DNA of 64,000 nucleotides from Escherichia phage vB_EcoM_JN03: sequence record OR885871; one strand, 5' to 3'. Shown piece by piece: positions 57,677 to 64,000 of this stretch (position 1 is its first letter; each line of letters starts with the position of its first letter). The notes under the pieces were generated by a model. It saw only the letters and a program-made list of their open reading frames with translations, ran no database searches and was not told where the DNA came from. The position numbers and the translations under genes were made by a program.

Positions 57677-58345
57677 ATGATGAAACTGTTGCGTGAGATC
57701 ACAGCGATAGGGAAGGATCTTCAAATCGGTGAGGCCACAACCTCAACTGGTGGGAAGGCCATGTTCATCGAAGGTCCGTTTGTGATGTGTAACCAAGTCA
57801 ACCGTAACGGGCGTAACTATGATCTGCAGAAAGTGGGTATTCCTGCTGTCGAAGCATACGACAAAGAGTATATCCAAGATCGTCGCGCAATCGGTGAAGT
57901 CACACATCCTGACTATCCTTTCCCTAATCTGGTGGAAGCTGCGCTCAAAACCGAATCCCTTCGCTGGGAAGGCACCAATGCCATCGGTCGGGCGCGAATT
58001 TTAAATACACCAAAAGGCCAAATCATACGTGCATTGGCTGAAGCAGACTTCAATCTGGCCGTGTCTACACGTGGTCTGGGTGAGACCAAGTCAGTAAACG
58101 GTTATGACGACGTTCAACCTGGCTTTATGCTCACCGCTGTTGATGCAGTCGACCGTCCTTCTGGACAAGTTTGTTATGTTAAGGCTGTGAGTGAATCTGT
58201 TGAATGGCAGCTTGATGAGGCTTCTGGTATTTGGATGCCTCGGGATGTTAAAGGAAACGTTGTTGATCAGTTGGTGAAAGCCAATATTCAAGTAGAAGAC
58301 GACTTCCTGCGCCGCCTTGATGCAGCATTGAATCATCTGGGCTGA
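57677..58345 (+). CDS. 21: prohead core protease (T4 gp21-like)
   Basis: NRNGRNY, GEVTHPDYP, GRARIL, AVSTRGLGE, VDAVDRPS parallel T4 gp21 NRNKRLY, GELNHPPRA, GRARVI, GVSSRGLGS, VDAVWGPS. Confidence 0.75.
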   Translation: MMKLLREITAIGKDLQIGEATTSTGGKAMFIEGPFVMCNQVNRNGRNYDLQKVGIPAVEAYDKEYIQDRRAIGEVTHPDYPFPNLVEAALKTESLRWEGTNAIGRARILNTPKGQIIRALAEADFNLAVSTRGLGETKSVNGYDDVQPGFMLTAVDAVDRPSGQVCYVKAVSESVEWQLDEASGIWMPRDVKGNVVDQLVKANIQVEDDFLRRLDAALNHLG

Positions 58346-58356
58346 ATTTCAGCTCA

Positions 58357-58363
58357 CTAAATA
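58357..58363 (+). promoter_or_regulatory. late promoter core CTAAATA
   Basis: 29 nt upstream of scaffold gene start. Confidence 0.45.
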
Positions 58364-58391
58364 CTGAAAAATCGTTCAGAAGGAAACTATC

Positions 58392-59225
58392 ATGAAACCT
58401 GAATTGCAAAAACTGTTTGAAGGCGTTAATGGCCTCAGCACCGATTTCTTGGACAAAGTATCTGGTCTGCTGGAATCTAAAGTTGAAGCCGCCCGTCTGC
58501 AAGCTATTCAAGAAACTGAAGCGGCTGGTAACGTTGAGCGCCTGACTCTGGTAGAAGCCCACCAGAAAGAAGTCGCAGACCTTAAAGAAAATTTCACTCT
58601 TCAGTTGGCGGAAAAAGTTGATTCGTTCCTCAACGCGGTGGTTGAAGAATGGGCTAACAAAAATGCCCCAGCTATTGACGCTCAGATCAAAACTGAAGCT
58701 GCTGAACGCTTCCTCACTGGTTTCTCCAACGTGCTGAAAGAAGCAGGTGTGAGTTTCGCTACTGACCCAGACGGTCAGATTGCCGCCCTCACCAGTCGCC
58801 TTGCTGAAGCAGAACAACGCGCCAGCATTGCCAATACTGAATTGGCTCAGCTCAAAGAAAGTGAAACCAAACGCCAGCGCACCGACGTAATTGATCGCAT
58901 TTGTGAAGGCATGGTTGACACCAAGAAAGACACTGTTGTCAACCTGCTGGAAGGTATTGAATTCCAGACCGAGTCTGAATTTGAATCCCGTGTGCGCACC
59001 TTCCGTAACCTGGTAGAAGGCAAAGATGACTTCTCTGATAAAGTCGGCAAAGACAATGAAAAAGGCAAGCCGGATGGCGACAAGTCTGAAAAAGACATCA
59101 AAGAAGGTAAAAAACCGAAGAAAGAAGGTGAAGCCGACGATGATGACGATGACGACAAAGACGAAGTTGGCAAAGAAGTCAACGAAGCCGTCCGTCGCCA
59201 GATCAGTGCTTTGCTGAACGGCTAA
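58392..59225 (+). CDS. 22: prohead scaffolding protein (T4 gp22-like)
   Basis: 277 aa, Glu/Lys-rich coiled-coil composition, acidic DDDDDDDKDE tail, position before capsid gene. Confidence 0.6.
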   Translation: MKPELQKLFEGVNGLSTDFLDKVSGLLESKVEAARLQAIQETEAAGNVERLTLVEAHQKEVADLKENFTLQLAEKVDSFLNAVVEEWANKNAPAIDAQIKTEAAERFLTGFSNVLKEAGVSFATDPDGQIAALTSRLAEAEQRASIANTELAQLKESETKRQRTDVIDRICEGMVDTKKDTVVNLLEGIEFQTESEFESRVRTFRNLVEGKDDFSDKVGKDNEKGKPDGDKSEKDIKEGKKPKKEGEADDDDDDDKDEVGKEVNEAVRRQISALLNG

Positions 59226-59316
59226 TTTTAGCAGCCACAGCCCTCGAAAGGGGGCTTGATTTTGAACTACTAAGTAATTTCAACTTAACTGAATATCAAT
59301 GTAAGGAACGAGCATC

Positions 59317-60639
59317 ATGACTAAGAAACTTGTAACCGAAGAAATGCGCAAACAGTGGCTGCCAGTTCTCCAAAAAGAATCTGAAGCTATTCAACCTCTG
59401 TCTGCCGAAAACGTAACCATCCGTCTGATGCAGAACCAGGCTGAATGGAACGCAAAAAACCTGGGCGAATCTGACGCACCTGGTTCTGTGAACAGCACTG
59501 TCGGTAAATGGCAGCCAGTTCTGATCGACATGGCAAAACGTCTGGCGCCGATCAACATCGCGATGGACTTCTTCGGTGTTCAGCCGCTGTCTGGTCCTGA
59601 CGGTCAGATCTTTGCACTGCGCGCTCGCCAGGGTGTTGGTGACAGTTCCAACACCGCACAGTCTCGTAAAGAACTGTTCATGCAGGAAGCCGATTCCGGC
59701 TATTCCGGTGATGGTACTGTACAGGCTGGCGACCCGTCAGGCTTTAGTCAGGCTGAGATCGAAGGTTCCGGCTCTGTCGTGACCACTATCGGTAAAGGTA
59801 TGCCGTCAACCGACGCGGAACTGCTGGGTACTACCACCAATCCGTGGGCGCGTGTTGGTATCACCGTTCAGAAAGCGACCGTTACTGCCAAGTCTCGCGG
59901 CCTGTACGCTGATTACAGCCATGAACTGCGTCAGGACATGATGGCAATTCACGGCGAAGACGTGGACAATATCCTGTCTGACGTGATGGTAACTGAAATT
60001 CAGGCGGAAATGAACCGTGAATTCATCCGTACCATGAACTTCAGTGCTGTTCGCTTCAAAAAATTCGGCACCAACGGTGTTGTTGATATCGCGCAGGACA
60101 TCTCCGGTCGTTGGGCGCTGGAAAAATGGAAGTTCCTAACTTTCATGCTGGAAGTTGAAGCGAACGGTATCGGTGTTGACACCCGTCGTGGTAAAGGCAA
60201 CCGTGTTCTGTGTTCTCCGAACGTGGCATCCGCTCTGGCGATGTCTGGCATGCTGGACTATGCTCCGGTTCTGCAGGAAAACACTAAACTGGCTGTTGAC
60301 CCGACTGGCCAGACCTTCGCTGGTGTTCTGTCCAACGGTATGCGCGTCTATGTTGACCCGTATGCTGTAGCAGAATATATCACTCTGGCATACAAAGGCG
60401 CAACTGCGCTGGATGCCGGTATCTTCTTCGCGCCGTATGTGCCGCTGGAAATGTACCGCACCCAGGGTGAAACCACCTTCGCTCCGCGTATGGCGTTCAA
60501 AACCCGTTACGGCATCTGTGCTAACCCGTTCGTACAGATTCCGGCTAACCAAGACCCGCAGGTTTACGTGACTGCTGACGGTATTGCTCAAGACAGCAAC
60601 CCGTATTTCCGCAAAGGTCTGATCAAATCTCTGTTCTAA
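59317..60639 (+). CDS. 23: major capsid protein (T4 gp23-like)
   Basis: FGVQPLSGPDGQIFALRARQG matches T4 gp23 CGVQPMNSPTGQVFALRAVYG; C-terminus NPYFRKGLIKSLF. Confidence 0.85.
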   Translation: MTKKLVTEEMRKQWLPVLQKESEAIQPLSAENVTIRLMQNQAEWNAKNLGESDAPGSVNSTVGKWQPVLIDMAKRLAPINIAMDFFGVQPLSGPDGQIFALRARQGVGDSSNTAQSRKELFMQEADSGYSGDGTVQAGDPSGFSQAEIEGSGSVVTTIGKGMPSTDAELLGTTTNPWARVGITVQKATVTAKSRGLYADYSHELRQDMMAIHGEDVDNILSDVMVTEIQAEMNREFIRTMNFSAVRFKKFGTNGVVDIAQDISGRWALEKWKFLTFMLEVEANGIGVDTRRGKGNRVLCSPNVASALAMSGMLDYAPVLQENTKLAVDPTGQTFAGVLSNGMRVYVDPYAVAEYITLAYKGATALDAGIFFAPYVPLEMYRTQGETTFAPRMAFKTRYGICANPFVQIPANQDPQVYVTADGIAQDSNPYFRKGLIKSLF

Positions 60640-60654
60640 TCGACAGGGTTTGAT

Positions 60655-60686
60655 AACAAACCCCGCCGAAGCGGGGTTTTTCTTTA
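60655..60686 (+). terminator. rho-independent terminator after capsid gene
   Basis: CCCCGC-CGAA-GCGGGG hairpin plus TTTTTCTTT. Confidence 0.65.
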
Positions 60687-60733
60687 TAGGGATATGTAAG
60701 ATAATAAAGCCTCATTTATCAAAGGAGGTTAAA

Positions 60734-60970
60734 ATGTCTCATCAATTATCCGGCGGTGCCGTCGATACTCTATTCGTTCTTTTCTGGTTTGGACCTCGTG
60801 AAGCTGGGGAAATACCTGCTAAATCTGGAGAAGCCGAATTGGCCTCCCTGGGGTTTTGTAAACGAGTTGATGTTAAAAACGTACCAAAAGGTCGAGATAC
60901 ACATCTGTGTGTACTCACCGAGGAAGGTTACAAATACGCATATCTGAAATATGTTTCTCAAAATACGTGA
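60734..60970 (+). CDS. hypothetical protein (78 aa)
   Basis: AAGGAGG RBS before ATG at 60734. Confidence 0.45.
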   Translation: MSHQLSGGAVDTLFVLFWFGPREAGEIPAKSGEAELASLGFCKRVDVKNVPKGRDTHLCVLTEEGYKYAYLKYVSQNT

Positions 60971-61057
60971 TTGTTTATCGTAACGATTTAATACGCGAAT
61001 AGTTCAATAACAATTCCTGTTGTACGATATAACTTTCTTACAACAGGAGTATCAGTC

Positions 61058-61372
61058 ATGACAACCCGAAATATTACCTCTGAACAATCCGTGTCACAAA
61101 TCCTCATTAATTCCCGCACCCAAAAAGAACGTCTTTTTGACATCCTCACTAATGTGATCAATATTCGTCGACAATTAGATGGTGAATTTCCCGAATCTGA
61201 TTCTGAAGAAAAATCAACACACAATCCAGGTCTTGTTGGTGCTATCCTTAACATACAAGGAGAGCAGGACGATATCATCGATAGAATCAATGCTCACATG
61301 GACGTCATCCATACTAAACTGGGAACGTTTTATCACCCAAATTGTGAAGACGAGTCTAAAGATAATTGTTAA
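61058..61372 (+). CDS. hypothetical protein (104 aa)
   Basis: ORF preceded by 10-bp inverted repeat whose 3' arm overlaps the RBS. Confidence 0.5.
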   Translation: MTTRNITSEQSVSQILINSRTQKERLFDILTNVINIRRQLDGEFPESDSEEKSTHNPGLVGAILNIQGEQDDIIDRINAHMDVIHTKLGTFYHPNCEDESKDNC

Positions 61373-61433
61373 TGTTTTCAATAAATGGGTAATGAACCAT
61401 CATTACCCAACTTTCACAATAGGAATACAACTC

Positions 61434-61628
61434 ATGGCAAAAGAAACTCTTAACAATGAAAACTCCAACTTTGCAGAATGGCATACCGAATTAGAGCGCG
61501 TTGCCCGTTCTCAACATGGTTCTGCCGCTGATGCAGATGCTTGGCGTGAAGATTATGAATCTGGAAAAACTCCACGTCAGGCTTGGGAAGACGAATGGGG
61601 GTGGGATGATGCCGACTCTAATCCGTAA
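61434..61628 (+). CDS. hypothetical acidic protein (64 aa), start uncertain
   Basis: In-frame Met within track ORF 61179-61628. Confidence 0.3.
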   Translation: MAKETLNNENSNFAEWHTELERVARSQHGSAADADAWREDYESGKTPRQAWEDEWGWDDADSNP

Positions 61629-61839
61629 GATATATCTGGATAAGAACTATTTGGAATCTAAAATCGAAGTTTTCACGGCTCAAAAAATATTTGAAGACGG
61701 TGAAACGAGATATTATCTGAATCCAGACCTTTATCTCCCAGGAAGTAATTTGAATCGCGACATATCCCAAATAGATGGCACAATCATTCGTTGGGAAATA
61801 GCGACGCAAGAAGACAACTGTCACAACATAACACTTTGA
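61606..61839 (+). CDS. hypothetical protein (77 aa), start uncertain
   Basis: GGGGGTGGG RBS before ATGATG. Confidence 0.3.
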   Translation: MMPTLIRKIYLDKNYLESKIEVFTAQKIFEDGETRYYLNPDLYLPGSNLNRDISQIDGTIIRWEIATQEDNCHNITL

Positions 61840-61854
61840 AGAGAGAACTACATC

Positions 61855-62301
61855 ATGTCTAAACAAAATTATATCTTTATTAGTCCAGGACGTTCCCAGT
61901 TTTTTCGTAGCGACATCGATACACCTATCGAAGGTTTTCGCATTTTCAAATGCTATAAATTGGCCAGCGGTGACATTGATTATCAAAGTCACGACAATGA
62001 CCGCCAAGACTTGGTTGATAACGGTTGGGAAGAAATAGATTCTCCTCAATATCTGACCGTCAACCTTTATTATATGAAGGAAAGCGGTAAATATTATTCG
62101 ACTGGGGAGTTGAAAATCCGAGTTTCAGAAGCCCAATCCAATCCAGCAAAAAGTTGGTATGACACGCAAGAGTTAGTGCGTGATCTCCTGAAGAAAGGCG
62201 AACTGCCTGGCTTGGTTAAAGGTTCCCGTTTTGATACCTTCATGTCCTGCGAACAACACCCGTGCTATGTTCCGACTTTATTTAAAATCAGCAACATGTG
62301 A
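61855..62301 (+). CDS. hypothetical protein (148 aa)
   Basis: ORF. Confidence 0.5.
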   Translation: MSKQNYIFISPGRSQFFRSDIDTPIEGFRIFKCYKLASGDIDYQSHDNDRQDLVDNGWEEIDSPQYLTVNLYYMKESGKYYSTGELKIRVSEAQSNPAKSWYDTQELVRDLLKKGELPGLVKGSRFDTFMSCEQHPCYVPTLFKISNM

Positions 62302-62312
62302 GAGATTAATAT

Positions 62313-62687
62313 ATGAGCAATTTACCACTGCTTCAAGTCGGCGATGTGTTCGTTCTCACAGAAGAAATGACCATTGAAACTCAGGTGCCTAAGCATTTCT
62401 TGTATTCTAATTGCAAGGGAGATTGGCAAACGGACTCTGGTTATATCACCCCTGAGGGATTCTTCGGTTACATGCAAGGGCATTATGTCGTTACCAAAAC
62501 AGCTCTACAAGGAGGTAGCGCTGGTCACGACCCATACCCAGACGGTCATCATGTTTGGGCACAGCATACCGAAAATGAACGCATCAGGATCTGTTTTTAT
62601 CAGACAGGCAGCTTCAGAAACATGCACCGTAACGTTCCAGTAGTCGGAAAAGCCAAGGCGCAAACATGGACTTGGGAGAAATTATGA
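62313..62687 (+). CDS. hypothetical protein (124 aa)
   Basis: ORF. Confidence 0.5.
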   Translation: MSNLPLLQVGDVFVLTEEMTIETQVPKHFLYSNCKGDWQTDSGYITPEGFFGYMQGHYVVTKTALQGGSAGHDPYPDGHHVWAQHTENERIRICFYQTGSFRNMHRNVPVVGKAKAQTWTWEKL

Positions 62688-62920
62688 GAATCAAAAAGAT
62701 TGGAGCAAGCCCGTTGACGGGCACTATCTTCCAAGGTACATTGAATACCAAAACCAGTATGTGGGTAGGTGAGAAGACCGACGTGACTAACGACTGTGTA
62801 GCGGCTACGGCTGAACACATGCGCCACATCAAGAAAGACTACTGCTTCCCTACTAAAGACGGCAAGTTCCTGGTGCTGAGCGCTGAGGTTCACGACACTC
62901 TTCCTGATCGCTTCAAATAA
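62684..62920 (+). CDS. hypothetical protein (78 aa)
   Basis: Start ATG overlaps upstream stop. Confidence 0.45.
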   Translation: MRIKKIGASPLTGTIFQGTLNTKTSMWVGEKTDVTNDCVAATAEHMRHIKKDYCFPTKDGKFLVLSAEVHDTLPDRFK

Positions 62921-62938
62921 ATTTAAAATTTATTCAAT

Positions 62939-62974
62939 AAACGGGGTTTACTTCTTCAATAAACCCCGTATACT
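62939..62974 (+). promoter_or_regulatory. sigma70-like early promoter (TTTACT-16 nt-TATACT) overlapping a 10-bp hairpin
   Basis: ACGGGGTTTA / TAAACCCCGT inverted repeat; -35 and -10 spacing 16 nt. Confidence 0.45.
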
Positions 62975-63022
62975 TCATTCCATAAGCAGCACAACACTGA
63001 CTCTGAAATGAAGGACTACACC

Positions 63023-63319
63023 ATGAACAACATGCCAACCACCAAAACTGCTCTGGAAATCGATTCTCGCTTTATCGTTGAAGCATGGGCCAACAGCCAA
63101 AACTCTTATGTGTATTCCCTTTATGTCGGTGACACTTATGTTTCTTGCCTCGGCATCGACGGCTCCAAGAACGAGCACGGCGTGAACGAGCGCTATACCA
63201 AAAAGCAGGCTATCGCTGATGCTACCAAATTCGCGACCGACATTCTGGGTCGCATCAATGCGGGTAAACCGTACAAACGCGGTGAAAAGGGCTATGTCAC
63301 CCAATTGCTTGGTGCTTGA
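63023..63319 (+). CDS. hypothetical protein (98 aa)
   Basis: Start at MNNMPTTK after GAAGGA RBS. Confidence 0.5.
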   Translation: MNNMPTTKTALEIDSRFIVEAWANSQNSYVYSLYVGDTYVSCLGIDGSKNEHGVNERYTKKQAIADATKFATDILGRINAGKPYKRGEKGYVTQLLGA

Positions 63320-63388
63320 TTTGTTCTAAACCTTTGAACGGGGTATGTTAACCGCATACCCTATCCCCTACAAATAGAGGACTTTACC

Positions 63389-63733
63389 ATGACAGTCGAC
63401 ACCAAACTGAATAATTCCGTGGAGATCCCCAACATCGTCAAATTCGAAAAGCCGAGCGAGCGTAAGCCACGCAAAACGCGCCGCCTGGTCACCAAGCTGG
63501 ATCTTCTGAAACAGAAGTTCGGCGATCACAGTGTGTTCACTCGCATCCGTAACGCATTAAAGGAAGGGCGAACCGAGTTGGAGCTATATCGTCCAAACGG
63601 TTCCACTCGTGCGTATCAGACCACCGACGGCTTGCTGGAACTGATCCGCCTCTCGGGAATGAGCATAGAACCTCGTTCATCAGGGACTCCCTTGTGCAGC
63701 CTGTATGTAATCGGCAATCTTGGGGCGCTGTGA
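63389..63733 (+). CDS. hypothetical basic protein (114 aa)
   Basis: ORF with GAGGA RBS. Confidence 0.5.
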   Translation: MTVDTKLNNSVEIPNIVKFEKPSERKPRKTRRLVTKLDLLKQKFGDHSVFTRIRNALKEGRTELELYRPNGSTRAYQTTDGLLELIRLSGMSIEPRSSGTPLCSLYVIGNLGAL

Positions 63734-63738
63734 GTTCT

Positions 63739-64000
63739 ATGAAGAAGTATATCGTTCTTATAACGGGTTCCCGTTCTATAACTGAGCGGGATAAAATATT
63801 TGCCAAATTAGATGAACTCTTAATCCCTCACGAGATAGAGACGTTTATTGAAGGTGAAGCAGTAGGTGTGGATCTGATATCCCGTGATTGGTGTGAAATC
63901 AATTATGTGCATATTACACCAATGCCGATTCCTCAAAATTACCATACGTTATATGGGAAAGGTGCGGGCAATCAACGTAACAAAGATATGCTGGACAAGG
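63739..64000 (+). CDS. hypothetical protein, 3' partial
   Basis: ORF open to window end; N-terminus MKKYIVLITGSRSITERDKIF. Confidence 0.4.
   Translation, partial: MKKYIVLITGSRSITERDKIFAKLDELLIPHEIETFIEGEAVGVDLISRDWCEINYVHITPMPIPQNYHTLYGKGAGNQRNKDMLDK

Noticed and set aside
59317-60639. Capsid gene as the vertex paralog gp24 rather than gp23
   Set aside because: Gene order (protease, scaffold, then this gene), a strong terminator directly after it, and the N-terminal similarity to gp23 favour the major capsid protein. No second paralog is present in the window to compare against.
1-64000. Prophage or integrative element features (integrase, attachment site, transposase)
   Set aside because: None seen. 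Gene content is that of a virulent T4-like phage, and the only mobile elements are the intein and the homing endonuclease.

Overview
The window reads as a segment of a T4-superfamily myovirus genome, most consistent with an Ackermannviridae (ViI/CBA120-like) phage; this assignment is by eye from protein motifs, not by database search. Left arm (1-22.3 kb, mostly minus strand): rIIB/rIIA-like genes, many small early-type ORFs, candidate thymidine-hypermodification enzymes (Trp-rich aGPT-Pplase-like protein, P-loop kinase, HAD phosphatase, PLP enzyme) and a family B DNA polymerase. Centre (22.3-26.4 kb): a ~4 kb ORF-poor island holding four foldable minus-strand tRNAs (Ser-GCT, Gln-TTG, Asn-GTT, Met/Ile-CAT), several tRNA-like modules that do not fold canonically, and long-range inverted repeats. 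Right arm (27.3-60.6 kb, plus strand): a late structural module with T4 gene order (baseplate wedge gp6, tail fiber, four tailspike paralogs, a 1612-aa structural protein, neck gp13/gp14, gp15, terminase gp16/gp17, sheath gp18, tube gp19, portal gp20, protease gp21, scaffold gp22, capsid gp23), followed by small ORFs. Two selfish elements interrupt the module: a 159-aa mini-intein splitting the terminase Walker A P-loop, and a GIY-YIG homing endonuclease between sheath and tube genes. Late promoters carry a CTAAATA core and rho-independent terminators are mostly CCCCGC-tetraloop-GCGGGG hairpins. No CRISPR array, integrase or rRNA was seen. Coordinates of RNA and regulatory features were read by eye and may be off by 1-2 nt.
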